Origin: an uncultured Candidatus Saccharibacteria bacterium
GTDB lineage: Bacteria > Patescibacteriota > Minisyncoccia > UBA6257 > 2-01-FULL-56-20
Reading direction: 5' to 3'
DNA: 64,000 nt
NCBI GenBank assembly: GCA_964646415.1
Contig: CAZYEL010000002.1
Location: 8,538 to 72,537 of the forward strand
Shown: piece by piece, positions 1 to 9,386 of the stretch
Layout of the letters: each line of letters begins with the position of its first letter
How positions within the stretch are numbered: the first letter of the stretch is position 1
Made by a program: the position numbers and the translations under genes
Notes under the pieces: generated by a model
The model's database searches: none
What the model was told of the DNA's origin: nothing
Seen by the model: the letters and a program-made list of their open reading frames with translations, nothing else

Positions 1-1469
1 TTTTGGAGCGCCGTTACATCATCGCCATTTGAACCAAGAGAGAGGTCATACATGAACTGATACCCAACGGTCTGCGCCGCCACGGGGACGTTTGGCGCAC
101 TCGCGGTAACTTTCGCCACAAGCTGCAACAGCGTGTTCTGCATGGTCTGGATTTCCGCCACAAGCTGCAACAGCTTGCTCTGCATGGACTGAAGGACCGC
201 AAGCACCTCGGCATTCGTCGAAGCGGTCTGCGGAGCTGCCGCAACCACCGGCGCCGGTGCTGCGGGCGTAGGTACCGGCACGGGCGCCACCGGTGCAGCA
301 GGAGCAGGAGCGGCAACTGGGGGAGCAGCGGCAGGACCGTTTATCACGGTGAAAAAGACGGTGGCACAGTTATTTGAATTCGACGCATCGCACACAGTGA
401 CGAATGCGGAGCCTGGAGCAACGCCGGTAAGCGTGAGCGTTCCCGCGTTCAAACTCGCCTTCACCAGATTCGGGCTTGGATTGTTCCCAATGGTGTATTT
501 CCCGGAAGCGCCCGAAACGGTTACCGGCGTATCCTGCCCCACCGTCACCGGCGGATTTGCCGCGCCAAACACAACCAAAGACTGGCTCGCGGCGGCGGCT
601 GACGCGCTTACGCTCACGGAAAGCGTGCCGCACGAACTTGTTCCGGAAGAACACACGGTGACTACCGCCGTCCCGCTCGTCGCGGGCGCATAGAGCGTGA
701 CAGTCGAACTGCTAAGCGTCGCCTGAACGACGGTTGGATTCGAATTCGAAGTAATGGCGTAATTACCGGTCCCGCCCGAAACGGTTATGGGCAAAGTTTG
801 CCCGGATGAAAGCGTGATATTGTTTTGGCTGAAAGAAACCGTTGCCACGCTCGCAGCCTGCACCGAAATGCTCACAATCGTGCAGCTTGACGCAGTACCG
901 ACATAACAAAGCGTCGCCGACGACGAACCAATCTGGTTTCCGGTCACGGTAACCTGCGTTCCGTTCGCGAACACTGTCGCAATCGTGGGCAGAGAGTTCA
1001 CCAGCAAATATACGCCGGTGGCACTCCCCTGCGAAATCACCGTCGTTGACTGCCCGACGCCAATCGTAACACTGCTTTGGCTGAACGTCGGCGCGCCCGT
1101 GGGCGTGGCCGTCGAAGCCGCCGCACCGGAGGTCGGCCATGCCTGCACCGAGGACTGCTGCCCGTTCACGATAACGTACACCGAGCCGCCGGTGTTGATT
1201 GCGTAGGAAGATGCGCTCAAAGTCACCCCAAACGAACCGTTGGCGTTAGTACTCCCCAATGCGGTCGAAAAAGCTCCCGACCCGGTACCCACGTTGTAAT
1301 AGAACATCACGCCCGCATTTGGGTCACCGGTGACGCTTATCTGCGCCGAATCGCCCCCCGCACTCGCGAGCGAGAGTATCGGCACTGCCGCATATACACG
1401 GGGAACACCGAATACGCCAATAAGGGCGAGAAAAAGTACAACCTTCGGGAACAGAAATCTCTTAGACAT
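1..1469 (-). CDS. Secreted surface protein with tandem Ig-like (BIG-like) repeats. Partial: the N-terminus lies in the window and the ORF runs off the left edge.
   Basis: A minus-strand ATG at 1469..1467 gives MSKRFLFPKVVLFLALIGVFGVPRVYAAVP, a signal peptide. Repeated Thr/Ser/Val-rich modules follow (for example ...TAVVTVCSSGTSSCGTLSVSV and ...AFVTVCDASNSNNCATVFFTV), then a Pro/Ala-rich linker. The frame stays open to position 1, so the ORF track (which appears to require an in-window stop) does not list it. Confidence 0.55.
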   Translation of the reverse strand, partial: MSKRFLFPKVVLFLALIGVFGVPRVYAAVPILSLASAGGDSAQISVTGDPNAGVMFYYNVGTGSGAFSTALGSTNANGSFGVTLSASSYAINTGGSVYVIVNGQQSSVQAWPTSGAAASTATPTGAPTFSQSSVTIGVGQSTTVISQGSATGVYLLVNSLPTIATVFANGTQVTVTGNQIGSSSATLCYVGTASSCTIVSISVQAASVATVSFSQNNITLSSGQTLPITVSGGTGNYAITSNSNPTVVQATLSSSTVTLYAPATSGTAVVTVCSSGTSSCGTLSVSVSASAAAASQSLVVFGAANPPVTVGQDTPVTVSGASGKYTIGNNPSPNLVKASLNAGTLTLTGVAPGSAFVTVCDASNSNNCATVFFTVINGPAAAPPVAAPAPAAPVAPVPVPTPAAPAPVVAAAPQTASTNAEVLAVLQSMQSKLLQLVAEIQTMQNTLLQLVAKVTASAPNVPVAAQTVGYQFMYDLSLGSNGDDVTALQ

Positions 1470-1559
1470 TACTTTGTAGCATACCATAAACAATCCGAGC
1501 GGGAAAATTGCGATTATTGCGCCGCACACCGCAGATATTGTATTACATCTCCTATAAAC

Positions 1560-2204
1560 ATGCAGCGGACAGTATCACTTTCAACAGCCGTTTTAATCGC
1601 CATCGTGGTGGGAATTATCTCCTACACGCTTGGCAGCGACTACGGGACGACGGGCACTCCCCGCGATTGCGAACCCTGCAACGGTTCGAGTGCGCAGATT
1701 CTCACCATCCGCCGCACCGATGCCATGCCGGACTTCACCGTGCACATTGACTCGGAGCAAACAAGCAGCTCCAAATTCATGGACTTTGCCATCACCAATC
1801 ACTCATCCTCAACCACCTACGATATAAAAGTTTTTTACCTCTTCCCCGGCATCCGGAACGACCACGCCCCGGCGTTTATACGAAACATCAACGTGTTCCA
1901 CGACGCGACCCTCATCGCTCGCCTGGATGAGCTCCCTTATTCTTCCGCCCAGGTCTCCACATCGACGCCGCTCCTTATCCCGCCCGGCGCTTCGCAGAAC
2001 TTCAGCATCTTCGGGCGCGTGGTCGGGTCGTATCCCACCTCCACCGCGCAGGTCGCGATAGGCAACATCTATGCGGTGCCAACGGGAGAAAGCTCAAGCA
2101 CCTCGCCGGAAACCGTATATAAGGAAAGCAACGGCGTGCCGCTTGCGCCGCCCGCAAGCACACCGGACGAATCGCTGGAATCGGCGGTATTCCTGATTCC
2201 GTAA
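1560..2204 (+). CDS. Hypothetical membrane-anchored protein, about 214 aa
   Basis: The first in-frame ATG inside track ORF 1077..2204 gives MQRTVSLSTAVLIAIVVGIISYTLG, one N-terminal transmembrane helix. The rest is Ser/Thr-rich with no recognisable motif. Confidence 0.4.
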   Translation: MQRTVSLSTAVLIAIVVGIISYTLGSDYGTTGTPRDCEPCNGSSAQILTIRRTDAMPDFTVHIDSEQTSSSKFMDFAITNHSSSTTYDIKVFYLFPGIRNDHAPAFIRNINVFHDATLIARLDELPYSSAQVSTSTPLLIPPGASQNFSIFGRVVGSYPTSTAQVAIGNIYAVPTGESSSTSPETVYKESNGVPLAPPASTPDESLESAVFLIP

Positions 2205-2262
2205 TCTTCGCCGATCAAACCTACGTCGCAAAGTGGCGCTCAGCTAAACGCTTTTTCGAGAG

Positions 2263-3054
2263 CTATATCGAACCAGCGCTCAGCTCCCAAAGAGTTTCAT
2301 AAACTGCCCTCATACTTTCCGCAATGCTTGCGCTTCGGATAATAATGCCGTGTTCTTTGCTTTTGATAAGCGATATGATGCCAACACAATCAGCATAAAT
2401 ATCAATTTCGTTTTTGAAGTGGTACAGACCAGGGGATAGAAAACGCACAGTACGCAATTCTTGGCGGTTTCGTTCGGGAGAAAATTCCTTGATCGCTTTT
2501 TCAGTTTTAGGGATGATTCCCCGCGTGGGGATACCAAGATTTGTGCGGCGCTTCCAATAATTATTCAAAAAGTTTTGGTCAAAACCAGATTCCAAAGATT
2601 CGATCGAAGCGAATGAAAGTATCTGATCGGGTTTTGTCTTCAACGTGTCATTCAAAACTTCTTTGATCCCGTCGACCCCTTCATAAAAAAGAATGGTTGG
2701 CTTTTCTTCGGCAGAAGAGAAATTGGCTTCAAATTCATGCTTGAACAACTCCGCTTTTTCAATCATCTCCGCAACTTGTCCTTGTTTTAACTTCAGCTTG
2801 GCGACAATGTCCGAATACTCCGCCGGCACAAAGTATTTCGTACGATTGTTCTTTTTTGCTCGGATTCTTACAAATCCTTTGCGTGAAAGTCGTTTTAGAG
2901 CCTCATACGCGGTAATTCTGTTGAGACCTGCCGCTTTGGCGACAGCGCTTGCCGAGCCAGAACCCAACTCTAGCGCGGCAAGATAGACCGCCATTTCAGC
3001 GCCGTTTAACCCAAGTTCTATTAAAAAATGTTTGACTTCTGTTTTTATATCCAT
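2263..3054 (-). CDS. TrmB-family transcriptional regulator
   Basis: The N-terminal winged helix-turn-helix LIELGLNGAEMAVYLAALELGSGSASAVAKAAGLNRITAYEALKRL is typical of TrmB. The C-terminal TrmB-like domain is present. Confidence 0.65.
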   Translation of the reverse strand: MDIKTEVKHFLIELGLNGAEMAVYLAALELGSGSASAVAKAAGLNRITAYEALKRLSRKGFVRIRAKKNNRTKYFVPAEYSDIVAKLKLKQGQVAEMIEKAELFKHEFEANFSSAEEKPTILFYEGVDGIKEVLNDTLKTKPDQILSFASIESLESGFDQNFLNNYWKRRTNLGIPTRGIIPKTEKAIKEFSPERNRQELRTVRFLSPGLYHFKNEIDIYADCVGIISLIKSKEHGIIIRSASIAESMRAVYETLWELSAGSI

Positions 3055-3232
3055 ATCTGTAGTATAGAATTTACAACATTAATTGCAAGTCGCCACGTCA
3101 ATAACCTTTATAGGTAAAGGAACTATGGTTATTCAGTGGATACTTCGGTAAGAAGTGTAAATCTTAATTTACCTAGTTTGGCTCATCGTATAAAACATGA
3201 TTGGAACATTCAACAAACCAATATGACACGTT

Positions 3233-3841
3233 ATGAAAATTCTTGTTATTGAAGATAAAGATAAGCACCGCAAAGCCGCGCAGGAAACCCTAAGCGCTCA
3301 CGAACTCACAGTCGTTTCATCTTTCGACGAAGGTATTAAGGCCTTGAATCGAAAAGTTGACTACGAATTGCGGGAGCGGCTCGCCAAAGAGGTCGGTCTT
3401 GGAGATCTCCCCCAAACCGGCACCGATGCCAAGAAAGGTGCTTGGTTCAAACTCCGCAATGAGCTGAATGAACGCGCAAGCCAGCAACCCGACTTTGAGG
3501 TGGTGCTCGCCGACATGATGATGCCGATGAGCAGGGAAGGTGCCGCATCCAGCACATACCAGCGTGGTGTCGAGGTCCCGTACGGGTTCGTACTTGTTCT
3601 TGTAGCCGCACGGATGGGCGCCAAATACATCGCAATGGTGACGGATACGAATCATCATCACAGCGCGATGAGCGCATCTCTGGATCACCTTGGAAGCTGC
3701 TATTATAAAGGCGACGAGGAGCCATTCGAAATCAATGGGGCGAAGTGCCTGTTCCTGCACGCTCCATTCATCGAGGATGCCGCCAAAGATTGGGGTCGAG
3801 TGCTCAGACACCTTATCACTGGGTCCGACAAAGAGAAATAA
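3233..3841 (+). CDS. Atypical CheY-like receiver-domain protein
   Basis: It starts MKILVIEDKD. The putative phospho-acceptor region VVLADMMMP resembles the DLVLLDIMMP consensus. A roughly 60-aa insertion and a His-rich stretch (TDTNHHHSAM) make it non-canonical. Confidence 0.45.
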   Translation: MKILVIEDKDKHRKAAQETLSAHELTVVSSFDEGIKALNRKVDYELRERLAKEVGLGDLPQTGTDAKKGAWFKLRNELNERASQQPDFEVVLADMMMPMSREGAASSTYQRGVEVPYGFVLVLVAARMGAKYIAMVTDTNHHHSAMSASLDHLGSCYYKGDEEPFEINGAKCLFLHAPFIEDAAKDWGRVLRHLITGSDKEK

Positions 3842-3858
3842 CTCCCAAGCATTACCCG

Positions 3859-3899
3859 AAAACCTCACACATTTCATGTGTGAGGTTTTCAATTTTCTG
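3859..3899 (+). terminator. Rho-independent terminator after the receiver-like gene
   Basis: A perfect 14-bp stem aaaacctcacacat / atgtgtgaggtttt with loop ttc, followed by ttttcaattttct. Confidence 0.7.
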
Positions 3900-3983
3900 G
3901 CATCACCTTCCTCACACTTCGCGTGCATACACCATCGCCTAAGTCTGATAAGATAAGCCATGTAAAGGGAAATATCTCACTTT

Positions 3984-4946
3984 ATGCTTATTGATGACGT
4001 AACAATCACGGTTGTTTCCGGCAACGGCGGGAGAGGCGCCGTCGCGTTCAACAAAAATATGATGAGTCTGGGCCCCGCCGGCGGCTCCGGCGGGAATGGC
4101 GGAAGCGTCTATGCGGAAGGTATTCCGGACATCGGCGCCTTGCGGCAGTTCCGCCACAAAAAAGAATTTGCCGCGATGAACGGCGGAGAGGGCAGAAGCC
4201 AATTCCGGGACGGACGCGACGGCGACGACCTTACTCTTAAAATGCCGGTGGGAACCGCCATCCATAGCCTCGACACCGAGGAAACCGTCGAAGTAACGAA
4301 GGTCGGCGAGCGGATACTCCTCGCGCAGGGCGGCCACGGAGGCAAAGGCAACTTTCAATATAGGTCATCCACGAATACTTCGCCCCGAGAGTTCCAGAAC
4401 GGATTCCCGGGCGAGAATCTTACGCTCCGGTTTGAATTGAAACTTATTGCGGACGTGGGATTCGTGGGACTTCCGAACGCCGGGAAATCGAGCTTTTTGA
4501 ACGAGCTCACCAACGCGAAAGCCAGGGTGGCGAATTATCCCTTCACCACGCTCGAACCGAATCTCGGCGCATATTACGAACTCATTCTTGCGGATATCCC
4601 AGGGCTGATTGAGGGCTCCTCCTCGGGCAAGGGACTTGGGGTAAAATTCCTGCGCCACATTGAGCGCACACGGATTCTCTTCCACCTCGTTTCCGCCGAA
4701 TCCCCCGCTCCCGCCGATGATTACCGGATTGTCCGGAAAGAACTGGATACTTATGCAAAAGCGCTTGTCGAAAAACCGGAGTATCTTTTCCTTTCTAAAA
4801 GCGATTGCGTACCCCCTGCGGAACTGAAGAAAAAGCTTGCAACACTGAAGAAAATTAATCCCAAGGTGATCGCCATCTCCATCCACGACGAAGCAAGCAT
4901 CATAAAAATCCAGAAAATCCTGAATACTCTGAAAACGGCAAAGTAG
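3984..4946 (+). CDS. obg: GTPase Obg
   Basis: The Obg fold N-terminus is glycine-rich. The G domain carries GFVGLPNAGKSSFLN, a DIPGLIEG switch and the other GTPase motifs. Confidence 0.9.
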   Translation: MLIDDVTITVVSGNGGRGAVAFNKNMMSLGPAGGSGGNGGSVYAEGIPDIGALRQFRHKKEFAAMNGGEGRSQFRDGRDGDDLTLKMPVGTAIHSLDTEETVEVTKVGERILLAQGGHGGKGNFQYRSSTNTSPREFQNGFPGENLTLRFELKLIADVGFVGLPNAGKSSFLNELTNAKARVANYPFTTLEPNLGAYYELILADIPGLIEGSSSGKGLGVKFLRHIERTRILFHLVSAESPAPADDYRIVRKELDTYAKALVEKPEYLFLSKSDCVPPAELKKKLATLKKINPKVIAISIHDEASIIKIQKILNTLKTAK

Positions 4947-4954
4947 TCCAAAGA

Positions 4955-5356
4955 TTGCACAATCATTCCCTAGAATTACCCCTGAAGAAGCCGTATACTT
5001 CACGCATGGGAACATTGCGCACCGACGAACTTGAAAAGACCTACGCGGCATACCGGAACCGCGGCGAGCTGGAGAATGATTGCAAGTTGTGCGGGAAACC
5101 TCCGCGTCAGACTTTCCAACACTGGAAAATTGTGCAGAATGATTTCCCCTACGACAAAATCGCGTCGGTGCACCACATGATTGTTCCGCTACGACACATG
5201 TCAGAATCGGAACTCTCACCGGAAGAAACGGAGGAACTGCGCGAATTGAAAAGCAGCTACTTAAACGAGCACTACGAGTTCATTATCGAGCCCGTGCAGC
5301 GAAAAAAAACTATTCCCAACCACTTTCATCTGCATCTGATTGTCGCGAAGGATTAG
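4955..5356 (+). CDS. HIT-family hydrolase
   Basis: The C-terminal histidine triad is NHFHLHLIV (HxHxHxx). The true start may be the internal M at about 5006. Confidence 0.6.
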   Translation: MHNHSLELPLKKPYTSRMGTLRTDELEKTYAAYRNRGELENDCKLCGKPPRQTFQHWKIVQNDFPYDKIASVHHMIVPLRHMSESELSPEETEELRELKSSYLNEHYEFIIEPVQRKKTIPNHFHLHLIVAKD

Positions 5357-5361
5357 AACCC

Positions 5362-6291
5362 ATGAAAAGAAACTACGGACCATATCTCATATTCCTCGCG
5401 GCGATGCTCTGGGCAACGGACGCGCCATTCCGCGTACACCTCACGAAAGAGTTAAGCAGCAACTTCATTGTCCTCGCGGAGCACTTCGTGGATGTTCTTA
5501 TCGTCCTGCCACTCCTCTTCCTCCACCGCGCCGCACTGAAAAAACTCTCCGCGCGGCAGTGGTGCGCGGTTGTAGTTATCGCCGTGGGCGGAAGCGCGCT
5601 TGCCTCCGTCGCCTTCACGCAGGCGTTCCACTATGTAAATCCCTCCGTAGCAATCCTCCTTCAGAAGCTCCAGCCGCTTATCGCCATCGGGCTTGCCGCG
5701 GGCCTGCTTAAAGAGCGCATCGGCAAATACTTTTGGGGCTGGGCGGCGCTCGCCCTCTTCGGGGCGTACATCATCTCTTTCCCCAACCTGAAACCGGAAC
5801 TCTTCCCCGGCGAACAATTTAATCCGAACACGGCAGGCGTGGGACTGGCGCTCCTCGCGGCGCTTCTCTGGGGCGCCTCGACGGTTCTGGGAAGATACGT
5901 CCTCCGCAACGCCGACTTCAAAGTAATGACCTCGCTCCGATTCGTCCTTGCCTTTGTGTTCCTCTTGATTCTGAACTTCTGGCAGGAGTCTTTCCCCGCG
6001 GCAGCCCAGATTTCCGCAAAGGATATATTCTACATCGCCGTTATCGCCATCACCTCCGGCGTGGTATCGCTCTTTATTTACTACCGCGGACTTTCGACCA
6101 CCAAAGCTTCCGTCGCAACCCTTGCGGAGCTTGGATTCCCCATGGCTGCGGTGCTCGTGAACTGGTTCTTTATCGCCGACGCGACACTTTCGCAAATGCA
6201 ACTCCTCGGCATGGCGCTTCTGCTTTTCGCCATTTACAAACTGGCGCGCGGAAATTCGACCGAAGTGAATCCACCGACAGCTTCGGCGTAG
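5362..6291 (+). CDS. EamA/DMT-family transporter
   Basis: About 10 predicted transmembrane helices with the duplicated EamA-domain architecture. Confidence 0.75.
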   Translation: MKRNYGPYLIFLAAMLWATDAPFRVHLTKELSSNFIVLAEHFVDVLIVLPLLFLHRAALKKLSARQWCAVVVIAVGGSALASVAFTQAFHYVNPSVAILLQKLQPLIAIGLAAGLLKERIGKYFWGWAALALFGAYIISFPNLKPELFPGEQFNPNTAGVGLALLAALLWGASTVLGRYVLRNADFKVMTSLRFVLAFVFLLILNFWQESFPAAAQISAKDIFYIAVIAITSGVVSLFIYYRGLSTTKASVATLAELGFPMAAVLVNWFFIADATLSQMQLLGMALLLFAIYKLARGNSTEVNPPTASA

Positions 6292-6293
6292 GC

Positions 6294-7019
6294 ATGGAGG
6301 ATGGAAGAACTTACATGCCCATCACGCACGACGAGCAGCGGGAAAAATGGAACGAGGAGCACCGTACGCCATTCGCCCTTAAGCAAATGGATGTGCAAAC
6401 GGCTTCGAGAGGCGTGAGGCTCTTTTTGGAATTTCTTCAGAGAAAAGATGCGCATAATCTGATTGGTCTTGAGATGGGTTGCGGCAAGGGACGCAATGTC
6501 ATTGGTCTCGCGAGGGAAAACATCGTTACGAAAATGTACGGCTTCGACTTTTCCGACGTTGCCATCGGTGAAGCCCGACGGCGGGCGGAAGAAGAAAAGG
6601 TATCAAGCAAAGTCCAATTTGACGTAATGGATGCCACGCAAACCTGGAAATATGAATCCGACTTCTTTGATTTTGGCATTGACTGCTTCGCCTCAACCGA
6701 TATTGAAAGCATGGAGGGTAGAAAGTTCGCGGTCGGCGAAATGCGGCGAGTGTTGAAACCAAGCGGGTACTTCCTCGTATACGTAATGTCTACCGACGAC
6801 GAATACCACAAAATGATGGCGGTTAAATCCCCCGCTGATGAAGCGAATGCATTCTACAACGAAGTAAATGGTAAATTTGAGAAATCCTTCTCCAAAGAGG
6901 AACTCGATGCGATGTATAAGAACTTTAAGCTTATTGAGTCAAAAAGGATTGAGAAAGCCACGAAGTTCTTCGAAAAATCCTACAACTGCAAACTTCACTG
7001 GAGGGTTTATAAAAAGTAG
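6294..7019 (+). CDS. Class I SAM-dependent methyltransferase
   Basis: Motif I LEMGCGKGRN and an acidic motif II (FDFSDVAI), consistent with a Rossmann-fold methyltransferase. Confidence 0.7.
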   Translation: MEDGRTYMPITHDEQREKWNEEHRTPFALKQMDVQTASRGVRLFLEFLQRKDAHNLIGLEMGCGKGRNVIGLARENIVTKMYGFDFSDVAIGEARRRAEEEKVSSKVQFDVMDATQTWKYESDFFDFGIDCFASTDIESMEGRKFAVGEMRRVLKPSGYFLVYVMSTDDEYHKMMAVKSPADEANAFYNEVNGKFEKSFSKEELDAMYKNFKLIESKRIEKATKFFEKSYNCKLHWRVYKK

Positions 7020-7044
7020 CGTTGCATAGGGGTATAATGGTCAT

Positions 7045-8211
7045 ATGACCCTCGCACTCACCGTTATTCGCTGGATTTTGGGAGTCGTGTGCGCCCTCTT
7101 TCTTGCCGCGCTGGTGCTCGTTACCGTGGGAATCGGCGTCCCTGCAACAAAACTCGCAAGCTCCGATTATGCGAAGCAAGTCCTCACCGCAAGCGGCATT
7201 TATGAACGGGCATCCGATATCGGAGTGGACTTTGTTCTCGTCAAAGTCCGCGCGACCGCCCAAGGCGCAGCCGCCCCGGGCGACGTGAAATCAATGAGCC
7301 GCAGGCTCGTGGACGGATCCGAACTCCGGCGCGAAGTGCATGACCTCTTCCCTCCCGAGTGGATACGGGCGCAGGCGGAAGCGAATATTGAAGGACTCTA
7401 TTGGTACCTTCGGGGCGGTCCCGCCTTTACACCCGTGCTTGATGTCGCCGGCCGGGAACGCGCCGCGCAGCAATCACTCGGTGGAATATTCAAGGGGAAA
7501 ATCAATGGGCTCCCCGCATGCGCATCGGGCGTCGCGGGCGACATGAACCGCCTCGACATTTTTTCCACAACCTGCTGGCCCGCAAACCTCAAGAAAGCGG
7601 AGGCGCATGCGAAAATCGATGACGCACTCAAAGATGCGCCCATCCTGAAGAGCGGCCAGCTGAACCTCGAAAATCCCGACGCGAAGGTCCTCGCGAATAT
7701 CGAGCCCGTCCGCCGCGCCTACAAGGTTGCCGCTTCCCTCCCCCCGCTCCTCGTCTCTCTCATTGCGCTTCTTTTCGCTCTTTCCTTCTTTCTTATCCCG
7801 GGAAAAATCCCGAAAATCGCCGTACCCGCAGGCATCTTGGGCGCGACCGGCCTCGTTCTTTCCGGTGCCGCACTTCTCTTCCGTACGCAATTCGGAAACG
7901 TCTGGGGCACTTTTGCCGAACCGCGGCTCGTGTCCCATGCGCCGTGGCTAAACGACGCGCTTGAAACCCTCGCTTCTGCCGCCATGCATGGCATGACCGG
8001 AGGATATTTACTCTGGGGCTTTTTCGCGATTGTGCTCGGAGCGCTGTTCCTCCTTACGCTCCATTATCCCGCCGCACTGAAAGCAGTCACCGTGGCGATT
8101 GCGATTATGGGCATTGCGGGCGTAATCGGCACCGCCGCATTCGGCATAAGCATACAAAACCGCATTGCCGCGCTCCGGGAAAATACAAGCTTATCCCTTC
8201 CGGCGAGATAA
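7045..8211 (+). CDS. Hypothetical polytopic membrane protein with a large extracytoplasmic loop
   Basis: An N-terminal transmembrane helix, about 200 aa of soluble domain, then about 5 C-terminal transmembrane helices. No recognisable motif. Confidence 0.5.
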   Translation: MTLALTVIRWILGVVCALFLAALVLVTVGIGVPATKLASSDYAKQVLTASGIYERASDIGVDFVLVKVRATAQGAAAPGDVKSMSRRLVDGSELRREVHDLFPPEWIRAQAEANIEGLYWYLRGGPAFTPVLDVAGRERAAQQSLGGIFKGKINGLPACASGVAGDMNRLDIFSTTCWPANLKKAEAHAKIDDALKDAPILKSGQLNLENPDAKVLANIEPVRRAYKVAASLPPLLVSLIALLFALSFFLIPGKIPKIAVPAGILGATGLVLSGAALLFRTQFGNVWGTFAEPRLVSHAPWLNDALETLASAAMHGMTGGYLLWGFFAIVLGALFLLTLHYPAALKAVTVAIAIMGIAGVIGTAAFGISIQNRIAALRENTSLSLPAR

Positions 8212-9381
8212 AACCCGGCCTTCAATCTCAAGAAGGCGGTTGTATTTCGCAATCCGTTCGCCGCGCCGCGGCGCACCCAGCTTGATGGCATCCGCACCGA
8301 CGCCGTACGCAAAGTCCGCGATGAAGTCGTCATTCGTTTCGCTCCCCCGGTGGGAGGCAATTACCATCCACCCATACGTCCGCGCAAGACGCACCGCCTG
8401 AATCGCTTCCGTAACCGTTCCTATTTGATTGGGTTTTATAATGACGCCGCGGACGGCTTCTTCCCGCGCCGCCTTCTCCATGCGCGAAACATTTGTCGTG
8501 GTAAGGTCATCCCCGGTAATACACACCGAGCCGCCCCAGCCGCGGTTCAGCGTTGCAAAATTCCGGAAGTCGTCTTCGCCGAACGGGTCTTCGAGGTATA
8601 TAAGCGGGAATTCCCTGATGAGCCGCGCATAACGCGCCATAAGTTCCCGCGGCGGGCGCCGGATGCCGCTTGCCGCCGCATCCAACCCAAACTCGATTTT
8701 CCGCTCAAGTCCGAGCGCTTGCGCAACACGTCGCATAACGACAAACGGCTCGCGATAATCCTTAAAGAGAGGGGCGAATCCTCCTTCATCGCCCGCATGC
8801 GCGGCGGAAGGGCCTTTCGCCCGCACAAGGTACGCACGGAGCGCGTGATACAGCCGCACCGCAATATCCACCTCGTCGCGAATACTTTTCCCTTCCGGAA
8901 TGACAAGGTATTCCTGAAAATCGAGCCCGTTTCCTGCGTGCATTCCTCCCTCAATAAGATTCACCAAAAGCCGCGGCGGGCGCCCGGGAACTTTGAAGCC
9001 GCCGATGCGCCGGAGGTGCCGCCAGAGCGGGATATTCCCCGCCAGGGCACCCGCGCGGGCGCAGGCAACCGAAGCGGCGAGAATCGCGTTTGCGCCAAGC
9101 CGGCGCTTGTTGCTCGTACCGTCAAGCTTCAGAAGCAACGCATCGATCTTTTCCTGCTCCGCCGGATTGAGCCCCTTCAGTCTAGGCGCGATAATGCGCA
9201 GAATATTGCGCACCGCTTTCTCCGCCGGAAGCGCGCGCGCCTCATGGGTCCCGGCACTCTCTCCCTTCGGTATGGACGCATGCACCGCGATGCGGCCGCA
9301 GAAAAGCGACGCCTCAACCGTCCAGTTGCCCTGGGAATCGAGTTCCTGACGCGCAGTAAGCTTGGTGATACGAAGCGCCAT
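8191..9381 (-). CDS. eno: Enolase (phosphopyruvate hydratase)
   Basis: The signature SHRGSETNDDFIADFAYG (SHRSGETED motif) and full-length similarity to Eno. Confidence 0.95.
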   Translation of the reverse strand: MALRITKLTARQELDSQGNWTVEASLFCGRIAVHASIPKGESAGTHEARALPAEKAVRNILRIIAPRLKGLNPAEQEKIDALLLKLDGTSNKRRLGANAILAASVACARAGALAGNIPLWRHLRRIGGFKVPGRPPRLLVNLIEGGMHAGNGLDFQEYLVIPEGKSIRDEVDIAVRLYHALRAYLVRAKGPSAAHAGDEGGFAPLFKDYREPFVVMRRVAQALGLERKIEFGLDAAASGIRRPPRELMARYARLIREFPLIYLEDPFGEDDFRNFATLNRGWGGSVCITGDDLTTTNVSRMEKAAREEAVRGVIIKPNQIGTVTEAIQAVRLARTYGWMVIASHRGSETNDDFIADFAYGVGADAIKLGAPRRGERIAKYNRLLEIEGRVLSRRKG

Positions 9382-9386
9382 GGGAT

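Noticed and set aside
4365-5219. 284-aa minus-strand ORF overlapping obg
   Set aside because: It is antisense to a well-supported Obg gene, shows no motif, and its composition reflects the mirror of a GC-rich coding strand. The same applies to 9447..10766, 11381..12817, 8350..9531, 16491..17270, 19050..19703, 38570..39331, 39554..40264, 47760..48812 and 48905..49909, which are antisense to eno, the D-2-hydroxyacid dehydrogenase, ppsA, uvrA, uvrB, secA, murF and ftsI.
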